Source of the DNA: an uncultured Spirochaetota bacterium
GTDB lineage: Bacteria; Spirochaetota; Brevinematia; Brevinematales; JAOACQ01
DNA: 64,000 nt
Direction of reading: 5' to 3'
NCBI GenBank assembly: GCA_963783575.1
Contig: CAWAOD010000009.1
Coordinates: 448,001 to 512,000 of the forward strand
Positions 30,649 to 39,633 of the stretch are shown piece after piece (position 1 is the first letter of the stretch; each line of letters starts with the position of its first letter). A program made the position numbers and the translations under genes. The notes beneath the pieces are model-generated. The model ran no database searches. It was not told where the DNA came from and saw only the letters and a program-made list of their open reading frames with translations.

Positions 30649-32532
30649 ATGAATAGAGTTGTTTTCCTGTCATTCATTTTTCTCTTATCTCCATTTTTTT
30701 CTTTTATCTCAGCAAGCAATTCAATAATTATTCATGATTATGAAAAACGGACTGATTTTAGCGGAGTATATTCGGTATTAATACAAAAAGGCGATAATCC
30801 AGGCTATAAGGAAACGGATTATGATGATTCCGGATGGAATATTGTCTCATTACCTTCCAGCTGGAATGTTTATCCTTTTCATCATTATAGCGGTATCTGC
30901 TGGTACAGGATTCGCATTAAATTTCCGGATAGTCTGCCCGGAAGAGCATTGGGTATAAATCTGGGCGAGATATATGACGCCGATGAGACTTATTTTAACG
31001 GAACCCTGATTGGCAGCTGCGGAAGTGTTACAAATTCATCCGGACATGCTTATGATAAGTACAGGATTTATGAAATACCGACAGAATTGATTAAACCCGG
31101 TAAGAATAATGTTGTTGCAGTAAGGGTAAGAAACTATTTTCCTGAAGAAAGCGGAATGATTGACGGCCAGTATTTTATCGAAAGGTATGACAAACTTCTT
31201 ATCAATCATTATTCAATAGATTATATAAAACTTTTCTTTGTAATTTCTTTTATCTTAATCGGTGCAAATTATTTTCTAAATTATTCAAGAAAAAGGAAAT
31301 GGAATGAATATCATGTCTTCAGTTTATTTTGTTTTATGGTTTCTGTTTATTTTTTCCTTCAAACCGATATAAAATATTTTCTTTTTGATAATTTTCTTAT
31401 ATTGAAAAAAATTGAATATCTTGATCTGATAGCATTAATGCCAATCTTTCTCTACTTTTTTATGTTATATTTCAATCAAAAAACCGGTATAGTCCAGTAT
31501 TTTTTTTATGCATCTTCGGCTGTATGTTTTATTATTGTCCTAATCACAGGAGAACCCGTTGTCTGGAATTTCATAAACATTAATTATTTCCAATACACAT
31601 GGCTTATCGGAATTGTGACCATATTTATAATATTGATTAAGGAGTTTCACAAATCCGCGGCTAAACTTATTTTCTTTTCATTTATTGTGATGATATTTTC
31701 CTTGATATATGATGTTCTTCATTTAAGGAATATTCTCGAACTGCCGGCATTGATACCATTTGGGATGCTTACCGCATATGGATTTCTAGTTTTTATTATC
31801 TGTATAGCATTTATTCTATCAAATGATTTCATTCAACTATTAAAAGAAGTTGAAATCAAGTCTTTCGATCTGCAGATAGCTTTAAAAGAAAGAGATCAGG
31901 CCTTCGAACAAATAGATTTTGCTTATGTTGAAGCTTTACAAAGGCTCGCTGTTATGGCGGAACTGAGAGATACCGAAACAAGCGGTCATATTAAAAGGGT
32001 AAGCCTTTATGTAAAACTATTGGCGGAAAAATTAGAACTGGATAAGAATTTTATAGAATATGTCACATATGCTTCACCTCTTCATGATGCCGGGAAAGTA
32101 GGAATCCCAGACAGCATTCTTTTTAAGAACGGGCCTCTGAACTCCAGTGAATGGCAGATAATGAAAACTCACACAACTATTGGCGGAAAAATTTTTGAGG
32201 GCGCTCAATCCGCAGTATTGAAATTCGCCAGGGAAATCGCTTTAAGCCACCATGAAAAATGGAACGGCGGCGGATATCCTTATGGATTGAAGCAATTCAA
32301 TATACCGCTTTCGGGCCGGCTGATGGCAATGGCCGATGTTTATGACGCTTTGCGAAGCAGGAGGCCTTATAAACAAGATATACCGCATAACAAAGCGATT
32401 GATATCATTACAAACGGAGATAACCGGGTTAAACCGGAGGATTTCGATCCGAAAATTCTGGAAATATTTATAAAATATTCCAATGTTTTTGAAGAGATTT
32501 ATGAAAAACACACCGATTTAATAAATAATTGA
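30649..32532 (+). CDS. Extracellular sugar-binding (GH2 N-terminal-like) + 7TM + HD-GYP phosphodiesterase
   Basis: YDDSGW..V.LP..W, G..WYR, D.DETYFNG, N..AVRV; about 7 TM; ET..H..R, LHD.GK, HHEKWNGGGYP. Confidence 0.75.
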   Translation: MNRVVFLSFIFLLSPFFSFISASNSIIIHDYEKRTDFSGVYSVLIQKGDNPGYKETDYDDSGWNIVSLPSSWNVYPFHHYSGICWYRIRIKFPDSLPGRALGINLGEIYDADETYFNGTLIGSCGSVTNSSGHAYDKYRIYEIPTELIKPGKNNVVAVRVRNYFPEESGMIDGQYFIERYDKLLINHYSIDYIKLFFVISFILIGANYFLNYSRKRKWNEYHVFSLFCFMVSVYFFLQTDIKYFLFDNFLILKKIEYLDLIALMPIFLYFFMLYFNQKTGIVQYFFYASSAVCFIIVLITGEPVVWNFININYFQYTWLIGIVTIFIILIKEFHKSAAKLIFFSFIVMIFSLIYDVLHLRNILELPALIPFGMLTAYGFLVFIICIAFILSNDFIQLLKEVEIKSFDLQIALKERDQAFEQIDFAYVEALQRLAVMAELRDTETSGHIKRVSLYVKLLAEKLELDKNFIEYVTYASPLHDAGKVGIPDSILFKNGPLNSSEWQIMKTHTTIGGKIFEGAQSAVLKFAREIALSHHEKWNGGGYPYGLKQFNIPLSGRLMAMADVYDALRSRRPYKQDIPHNKAIDIITNGDNRVKPEDFDPKILEIFIKYSNVFEEIYEKHTDLINN

Positions 32533-32557
32533 CTATTAAACAGATAAATTGTAGAAT
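32529..32557 (+). promoter_or_regulatory. sigma70 promoter for tRNA-Ala
   Basis: TTGACT-N17-TAGAAT. Confidence 0.6.
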
Positions 32558-32592
32558 AGAATACCGATTGAAGCTTTTGTTTCAATAAATAC

Positions 32593-32664
32593 GGGGATGT
32601 AGCTCAGCGGGAGAGCATTGCATTCGCATTGCAGGGGTCGGGGGTTCAAATCCCCTCATCTCCA
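32593..32664 (+). tRNA. tRNA-Ala(CGC)
   Basis: Acceptor GGGGATG/CATCTCC with G3:U70, anticodon loop TTCGCAT, GGTTCAAATCC T-arm. Confidence 0.93.
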
Positions 32665-33194
32665 GATAAAATTAAATTATTATCCGGATATTTTTCAGTG
32701 TAATCCAGAACTTTTTCACAGAGCCTTTTTTGAGTATCAAGCGGATTTTCAATAATCACTTTTGCACCGCCTATAAGGTCAATAATTCCAAGTTCATTTG
32801 GAAAGCGCGGGATTATGTGCTGGTGAATATGCTCTATTGATGCGCCGGAAATTCTGCCGACATTATAACCGATATTATATCCGAAAGGCTGATATAAATC
32901 ATCTATAAAATTCATGAAAAGTTTTGTTAAAAAAAGTATTTCTTTCTCTTCGTCATCGTTCATTTCCCTTATGTCTTCAAGATGCCTTTTCGGAAACATA
33001 ATTATATGCCCGCTATTATATGGATACAAATTCACAGAGATGAATATATTAGAAGTTTCGGCGATTTTCAGTGAAATAACACGGTTATCCTTTTTGACAA
33101 TCGAGCAAAGAATACAATCAACATCGGGCTTTTTCCCATGAATATAATCTTTTTTACCCGCCGGAAAAACGTATGAATCAAATTTCATACTCAT
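32646..33194 (-). CDS. HIT-family hydrolase (Ap4A phosphorylase-like)
   Basis: C..C, NLYPYN.GH, GYNIG.N.G..SGASI.HIHQHIIPR. Confidence 0.85.
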   Translation of the reverse strand: MSMKFDSYVFPAGKKDYIHGKKPDVDCILCSIVKKDNRVISLKIAETSNIFISVNLYPYNSGHIIMFPKRHLEDIREMNDDEEKEILFLTKLFMNFIDDLYQPFGYNIGYNVGRISGASIEHIHQHIIPRFPNELGIIDLIGGAKVIIENPLDTQKRLCEKVLDYTEKYPDNNLILSGDEGI

Positions 33195-33228
33195 ACCTCA
33201 ATTAATATTACGTCCCGCAAAATTTTTT

Positions 33229-34861
33229 TTAAAACAAACCGCTGATGTTGCCGCTATCATCGATATCAATGTTCATAGCTGCCGGAGTTTTAGGTAATCC
33301 GGGCATAGTCATTATTTTTCCCGTCTGAATAACTACAAATCCAGCCCCGGCTGATACGCGGGCACTGCTTACATTGATTCTGAAGCCCTTCGGACGGCCG
33401 GTAAGTTTGGGATTATCCGATAAAGAAGACTGAGTTTTTGCCATACAGACCGGGAGATTGCCGTAACCCAGGTTTTCGATCCTTTCAATCTGGTTCCTGG
33501 CTTCGGATGAATATTCAACACCGTCAGCGCCGTAAATTTCACTGGCAATGGTTTCTATTTTCTGCCTGATACTTTGGTTTAATTCATATAAAAACTTAAA
33601 ATCTTCTTTATTTGAAGAATTATCCGGGGATGTGATCGTGCATATCCTTTCAGCCAGCTCAAGGCCGCCTTCTCCGCCTTTTTCACGGAAATCGGTGATC
33701 ATCGCTTCAACACCGGCATCTTCACATTTTGATAGAATGTTTTTCAGTTCATCCAGGTTGTCGTCCTCGAATTTATTGATTGAAATTACAACAGGGATAT
33801 TGAATTTTCGAATGTTTTCGACATGCTTGAGGATATTTTCCATCCCATGGAGTACATCAGCCCTTCTAGTAACAACCAGTACGGCGGCGGCCGGATGAAG
33901 ATTCCCCAACCTGCATTTAATATCAAAAAATTTCTCAGCTCCAAGATCGGCACCGAATCCGGCTTCTGTTACCGTATAGTCCGACAGCTTCATAGCCATT
34001 CTTGTCGCTATTATGGTGTTACAGCCATGCGCAATATTGGCAAAAGGCCCGCCGTGGACAAAGACAGGTGTTCCTTCAATCGTCTGGACAAGATTAGGGT
34101 GTACCGCATTTTTTAACAGGGCGGCCATGGCCCCCTGTACGCCAAGATCGCCGGTAAAAACCGGTTTTTTTAAATAATCGTAGCCTACAATGATCTTCCC
34201 AATCTTTTCCTTCAGTTCTTTCAGATTATTGGAAAGGCAGAGAATTGCCATGATTTCTGATGATGCGGTAATATCAAATCCGTCCTCCCTCATTACGCCA
34301 TTCTGGCCTCGTTCGTCAAGACCGACCAGGATGCTTCGGAGAGACCTGTCGTTCATGTCTATGGCCCGCCTCCAGATAACCTGCCGCGGATTCATTTCGG
34401 GAAGGTTTTTCTGGTGCAGATGGTTGTCTATTATTGATGAAAGAAGATTATGAGCTGTTGTTACGGCATGTAGATCGCCGGTAAAATGAAGATTAATTTC
34501 CTCCATCGGTAAAACCTGCGAATAACCTCCGCCGGCCGCGCCGCCTTTTACACCCATGCATCGGGCCCAGTGAGGGTTCCCGTATGGCAATCATCGCTTT
34601 TTTGCCGATTTTAGACAGCGCCTGTCCAAGGCCTATGGTATTTGTGGTTTTGCCTTCTCCCATTGAAGTCGGTGTCATAGCAGTAACAAGTATTAATTTA
34701 GCATCCGGCTTATCGTAGTAACACTCAAGCATTGTGTTCGGAACTTTTGCTATGTATTTCCCATAATGGATCAGGTCGTTTTCCATCAGTCCGAGCTGTT
34801 CTGCAATCTCACCGATAGGCCGCATTTTTGATTTTTGAGCAATCTCAATATCAGGTATCAT
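33229..34861 (-). CDS. fhs: Formate--tetrahydrofolate ligase, split by a one-base frameshift
   Basis: TPT..GEGKTT, REPSLGP | CMGVKGGAAGGGYSQV, HGGPFANIAHG, TEAGFGADLGAEKF, MPGLP; one extra base near 34561. Confidence 0.92.
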
Positions 34862-34873
34862 AATTTCCGCCCT

Positions 34874-36046
34874 TTACTTTAATATTGGGATGCCGAAGCT
34901 GCCCAGAATCCCGATGAGATTTTCCCTGCTCAGCACATGCTGGTTGTAAAAATCCAGGATCTGCTTCATATTGAATTCCAAGCCGAAACCGGGAGGTGTT
35001 GATGCCGGATTCTCAATGTCATTTATAATCGTTATCTCATCTTTATTTACATTTTCGATTTTAATAAGCCGGTTGATTATTTTGTCGATATCAAGCGCAT
35101 CTATGGAAATTTTATTCTCAGCGGCATTCTGTGTCCCAATCAATGCCATTGTATCGCTGTTTACGGAAATTTTAAAACCGGTACTGAAATCAAGGCCGAG
35201 TTTTTGTTTGAGTGAATCCGTAAAATAACTCAGGGCATTCGAAACAAGAGCTATTTTATATCCCATAATCTTCAGGGTCTGGATCAATTCCATGGTTGCC
35301 GGAGCCGGTATTACGGATTCAATTATTGAATTCAAAACATCTTCAGGAAGTTCATCAAGCTTAGATAAAGTATTATTTATTGAAGTTATCCAATTATCGG
35401 AAAAAACAGATGATATTTCTTTTGTCTTAATGCCGGTTTGTTTTAAAATTTCTTCTATAAAAGGTGATGGAATAAAGCTATGTTTAATGTTGAAGACAAT
35501 TATTCTCTTTTTTTTATTAAAGACATCTTCCGTCTGGAACATTGTGTTTATATTCATCTTATGCATAATATCGCATAGCTCTGTTTTGAGATTTGTCATC
35601 GGTAAAGTGCAGTTGCTCACATCTGTTAGAAGCTCCATTAAAAAAATACCTTCCCTGGCGATATTTTGAGAAAATTCAATATTGATTTTATATTTGCTGA
35701 TTTTTTCGGATATTGCCGCAATGATGCCGGGTTTATCGCTTCCCAGAAGGATCAGGAGCATATTCTTTTTATCAGGTTTCCTCGGTATCGGATAATATTT
35801 ATCAACCTGCAGCCGCAGGTTGGTTTGCATAGAAATTTTTTCTATAAGTCTGGTAAATTCACCTATGTTTATTCCGGAATCCGATAGATCAACGACCAAA
35901 AATATTGTAAAAAGCCCATGCATAACATCCTGTTTCATATCTACAATGTTTCCGTTAATGCCTGAAATCTCTCCTGTAATCTTTCCGATAAGACCCACGG
36001 AATCGGCACCGGTTCCGAAAACAATATACAGTGACTGTTCAGTCAT
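34874..36046 (-). CDS. Two ACT domains plus degenerate HAD (SerB-like) domain
   Basis: G.D..G ACT motifs twice; C-terminal half follows SerB layout (LI.TLK.MGYK.ALVS) but DxDST is FNIKHS; start ATG 36046 with GGAGG. Confidence 0.7.
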   Translation of the reverse strand: MTEQSLYIVFGTGADSVGLIGKITGEISGINGNIVDMKQDVMHGLFTIFLVVDLSDSGINIGEFTRLIEKISMQTNLRLQVDKYYPIPRKPDKKNMLLILLGSDKPGIIAAISEKISKYKINIEFSQNIAREGIFLMELLTDVSNCTLPMTNLKTELCDIMHKMNINTMFQTEDVFNKKKRIIVFNIKHSFIPSPFIEEILKQTGIKTKEISSVFSDNWITSINNTLSKLDELPEDVLNSIIESVIPAPATMELIQTLKIMGYKIALVSNALSYFTDSLKQKLGLDFSTGFKISVNSDTMALIGTQNAAENKISIDALDIDKIINRLIKIENVNKDEITIINDIENPASTPPGFGLEFNMKQILDFYNQHVLSRENLIGILGSFGIPILK

Positions 36047-36125
36047 ATTATACCTCCAATTAAGACAGAATAATTTTAGTGAATGAAAAGAATTTCCGCA
36101 AATAAGTTTGGGTTTACAGGATATT

Positions 36126-37073
36126 TTACCCATTTCTCAATTTTTCAAGAAGTTCCTTAAATTCCTCAGGCAAATTGATTTCAAAAAGCATTGGTTTTTC
36201 CAATACAGGATGAATAAATTCAAGCTTCTTTGCGCAAAGCGCTATGCCTGTGAGGCCATAAGATTTTGCATTTCTGGAATAGACCGGGTCACCGGCTACA
36301 GTATGTCCGATGTGGGAAAAATGAACCCTTATCTGGTGAGTCCTTCCGGTAAGCAGATTAATCTCGATATAACTATGTCCATTCAGGTACTCAATAACCC
36401 TGTATTCTGTAACGGCTGGTTTTCCGCCTGTTGTAACAGCCATCTTTTTCCTGTCGTGTTTTGAGCGCCCGATCGGGGCTTCTATCCTGCCTGACTGGTC
36501 AACTCTGCCCTTTACAATGGCATGGTAGGTTTTTTTTATCCGGCGGGCTTTAAAGTCATCTGCGAGCCCGTGATGAGCCTTATCATTCAATGCTACTACC
36601 ATTAAACCGGCGGTGTCCTTATCAAGTCTGTGCACAATTCCGGGCCTTTCCTCACCGCCGATGGAAGAGAGCCGGGGCTTCCCGAAACCAGTTCCTTCTA
36701 TGCATTTCAGCCTGTAAAGTAATCCGTTAACAAGGGTTTTATCGGGATGCCCTTTTGATGGATGTACGGTAAGACCATAGGGTTTGTTTATGACCGCGAT
36801 ATCATTATCAGAGTAAACGATCTCAAAATCTAAATCCTGGGGAATTAATCCGGCTGGTTCTATTTCGGGTAACTCTAAATGGATTCTATCGCCGATTTTT
36901 ACAACATAGCTTGGTTTTTCAGGCTTTTCATTAACAAAAATGACCAGATTCCTGGCCTTAATCGAGCTTCTAGTCAACTCAATCCCGTTCTTTGAGCAGT
37001 AATCGGCAAAGGCGGAATCAAGCCGCCTGGAATTATTTCCCTGTTCAAAAGTAAAATCAATTTTAACCGGCAT
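36126..37073 (-). CDS. rluD: RluA/RluD-family pseudouridine synthase
   Basis: S4 domain, NKP.GL.VHP, RPGIVHRLDKDT, TGRTHQIRVH. Confidence 0.88.
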   Translation of the reverse strand: MPVKIDFTFEQGNNSRRLDSAFADYCSKNGIELTRSSIKARNLVIFVNEKPEKPSYVVKIGDRIHLELPEIEPAGLIPQDLDFEIVYSDNDIAVINKPYGLTVHPSKGHPDKTLVNGLLYRLKCIEGTGFGKPRLSSIGGEERPGIVHRLDKDTAGLMVVALNDKAHHGLADDFKARRIKKTYHAIVKGRVDQSGRIEAPIGRSKHDRKKMAVTTGGKPAVTEYRVIEYLNGHSYIEINLLTGRTHQIRVHFSHIGHTVAGDPVYSRNAKSYGLTGIALCAKKLEFIHPVLEKPMLFEINLPEEFKELLEKLRNG

Positions 37074-37134
37074 TTTGTCTCCTGAACAAGAATGGTAATA
37101 GATATAATAAATATTGTCAAAATTATTAAAGCTA

Positions 37135-37179
37135 TTGACAGATTATAAATTGTATATTACAATAGTTGTATTATACAAC
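37135..37179 (+). promoter_or_regulatory. sigma70 promoter with tandem palindromic operators of the marR-hgcAB operon
   Basis: TTGACA (37135)-N17-TACAAT (37158); ATTGTA-TAT-TACAAT (37149-37163) and GTTGTA-TTA-TACAAC (37165-37179). Confidence 0.8.
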
Positions 37180-37194
37180 AATTATGGAGAAAGT

Positions 37195-37665
37195 ATGGAT
37201 TTATCATCGGTAAAAATTTTCAGGGGTTATATCCGCATACTTGAGCGTGAAATAGAGGAACAGCTCGGGTCGGAAACCGGCTGTTGCGGTGTTACTTTAT
37301 CTCAATGCCACATCCTTATCGAGCTTGAAAAAAACAGTCAAAATGAAATATCAATAAAGGATTTATCTGAAATCCTTGAACTTGATAAAAGCACCCTGAG
37401 CAGGTCAATAGAAAATATGGTGAATAAAGGATGGGTGAACAGGATCGAAAACAAAAATGACAGGCGGTTTACTTCTCTTCAGTTAACACGGGAAGGCATA
37501 AAAATTGTTGATGGAATAAATGACAGATGCAATGAGTATTACCTTGAATTATTGAATAATATCCCTGAAGAAAAGCTTTCAATGATAACCGGCGGGATTG
37601 AATATCTTGCACAGGCTATGCGCAATATGAGAAAATCAAGTAAAAAAAATAATAGCTGCTGTTAA
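37195..37665 (+). CDS. Cys-rich MarR-family regulator
   Basis: L...LELDKSTLSR.I..MV.KG.V.R....DRR...L.LT..G; GCCGVTLSQC and terminal SCC; start ATG 37195 with GGAG. Confidence 0.85.
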   Translation: MDLSSVKIFRGYIRILEREIEEQLGSETGCCGVTLSQCHILIELEKNSQNEISIKDLSEILELDKSTLSRSIENMVNKGWVNRIENKNDRRFTSLQLTREGIKIVDGINDRCNEYYLELLNNIPEEKLSMITGGIEYLAQAMRNMRKSSKKNNSCC

Positions 37666-37684
37666 TACCAGTTTATGGAGGTTA

Positions 37685-38758
37685 ATGATGAATAGAGCAA
37701 ATTCCTGCGGATGTGAAACAAATCCGCCTGTATTGGAAAAAGAAAAATGGATGGAAAATATAATCAAAATCAATGATATCAGCATTCCAGTTGTTTCTAC
37801 AAGATTGACTCTTGTAGACATAATTGGCGGATGGATGGTACGCTGGGGCATCCGGAGAAACAATTACAGAATCCGGCCGGGATTATATGCCGTGGGAATA
37901 CCGGACGATAATTCTCCGGTGCTTGCAACTGCAAACTATAAATTGACTTTTGACAAACTGAGAAAGGAATTGGGCGGCTTAAATGTCTGGATACTTGTAC
38001 TTGACACGAAAGGCATTAATGTATGGTGCGCCGCCGGCAAAGGCACTTTCGGGACTAAAGAACTGGTTGAAAGAATAATATCCATTAATTTAAACTCCGT
38101 TGTTTCTCATAAAAAAATAATCCTTCCTCAGCTTGGAGCAGTCGGTGTAGCGGCGCATAAGATAAAGAGCTTCACAAAATTTGAGGTAGTTTATGGCCCG
38201 GTGAGAGCATCAGATATTCGGAAATTCATAGCGGATAACTTTGTCAAAACTTATGAAATGCGCCGGGTTAATTTTTATCTTATCGACAGGCTTGCAGTTA
38301 TAGGTATTGAGTTTGTAACCGGATTGAAATGGCTGGCAGTAATATTATTGCTAATAATAGGCCTTAACGTACTTACAGGCCGATTTACGCTTGATAAAAT
38401 TATTATGGATATTGTTCCGTTTTTTGGCGCTATACTTACGGCCACTGTTTTATTTCCCGCCCTTCTTCCCTGGCTTCCCTTCAGGGCTTTCTCCTTAAAA
38501 GGTTTTATTCTGGGTGGCATTTGGGCAGTTTTTATCACATTTTTTTATAAAATGACTTTTGTTCCCGCCTTAAGTATATTCCTGCTCCTTACCCCAATTA
38601 CATCATTCATAGCGATGAATTTTACCGGAACAAGCACTTTTACCTCGCAGTCTGGAGCTGAGCTTGAAGTAAAAATCGGAACGCCGATTATGATAACTAT
38701 GCTTGCTTTAGGTTTTATATTAAACATTCTTTTGCGTTTTAAAATAATTTCATTATAA
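37685..38758 (+). CDS. hgcA: Mercury methylation corrinoid protein HgcA
   Basis: TANYKL.FD, diagnostic cap helix GINVWCAAGKGTFGT, LPQLGA.G, YGPVRA, C-terminal TM helices, NFTG.ST.TS. Confidence 0.93.
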   Translation: MMNRANSCGCETNPPVLEKEKWMENIIKINDISIPVVSTRLTLVDIIGGWMVRWGIRRNNYRIRPGLYAVGIPDDNSPVLATANYKLTFDKLRKELGGLNVWILVLDTKGINVWCAAGKGTFGTKELVERIISINLNSVVSHKKIILPQLGAVGVAAHKIKSFTKFEVVYGPVRASDIRKFIADNFVKTYEMRRVNFYLIDRLAVIGIEFVTGLKWLAVILLLIIGLNVLTGRFTLDKIIMDIVPFFGAILTATVLFPALLPWLPFRAFSLKGFILGGIWAVFITFFYKMTFVPALSIFLLLTPITSFIAMNFTGTSTFTSQSGAELEVKIGTPIMITMLALGFILNILLRFKIISL

Positions 38759-38770
38759 AGAGGTCTTATT

Positions 38771-39079
38771 ATGGATTATAAATATCTTATGAACGGCAGG
38801 AGTCTTGTTATTGATGAGGCCAAATGTTTCGGCTGCGGGATGTGCCTGGAGGTCTGTCCGCATAATGTGTTCCTTATGGAGGATGGAAAGGCTTTTATTA
38901 ATAACAGGGATTTTTGCATGGAATGCGGTGCCTGTAAAATGAATTGTCCAGTTGGGGCTATAAATGTTAACGTTGGAGTAGGATGCGCCGCGGCGATAAT
39001 AAATGGGATACTACATAGGACAGTGCCGGATTGCGGATGCTCTTCCGGAGATAAAAAAGAAAATGCCTGCTGCGGATAA
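38771..39079 (+). CDS. hgcB: Mercury methylation ferredoxin HgcB
   Basis: CFGCGMCLEVCPH and diagnostic CMECGACKMNCP; GVGCAAA; Cys-rich tail ending CCG; directly after hgcA. Confidence 0.92.
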   Translation: MDYKYLMNGRSLVIDEAKCFGCGMCLEVCPHNVFLMEDGKAFINNRDFCMECGACKMNCPVGAINVNVGVGCAAAIINGILHRTVPDCGCSSGDKKENACCG

Positions 39080-39380
39080 AATCCTTATTATTTAATTTGC
39101 ATTTTTATTTTTTTCCATTTAAATTATTTTGAATGAAATTATAATAAAATAATTAATCATATATATTTATAAAATTTTCCGAGCGGAAAAGAAATTAAAA
39201 AATGAAACCCCGGCAAATACATTCATAATTAAAGAAAATCCCTCGAAAAGGTTAAAATTACTCACATCAATTTTGGGGATTTCAAATTTGGCCCATGCGA
39301 GTATGATTTAAGCATAGACGGACTAAGCATAGCTGGATTTCACCGGATTTCTCACTTTAATATAAAAATAAGGATATCAT

Positions 39381-39605
39381 ATGAAACTCAAAGAAAGTCA
39401 TTTCCGTTCCGCCGCTTTTGCAATAGCCGTCTTTCTGATTTTTTACGAGGTAATAAAAACTCAATTCGGTGTTTCCGTTGATCCGAGAATAGAAAAGATA
39501 GCAACTATCGTTCTTTTTATTATTGCGGCAACTCTGTATATATATGGGAGAACATTAAGGAAAAAAGAAGGCAATCCGGATAATAAAAACAATCAGAACG
39601 AATAA
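39381..39605 (+). CDS. Small two-TM hypothetical protein
   Basis: AAGGA RBS, two hydrophobic helices, charged tail. Confidence 0.55.
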   Translation: MKLKESHFRSAAFAIAVFLIFYEVIKTQFGVSVDPRIEKIATIVLFIIAATLYIYGRTLRKKEGNPDNKNNQNE

Positions 39606-39633
39606 ATCACTTATTATAAAAGGTTGGAATTGC

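Noticed and set aside
37685..38758. Alternative call as a CO dehydrogenase/acetyl-CoA synthase corrinoid subunit
   Set aside because: The Cys-containing NVWCAAGK cap helix, TM domain and adjacent HgcB identify HgcA.
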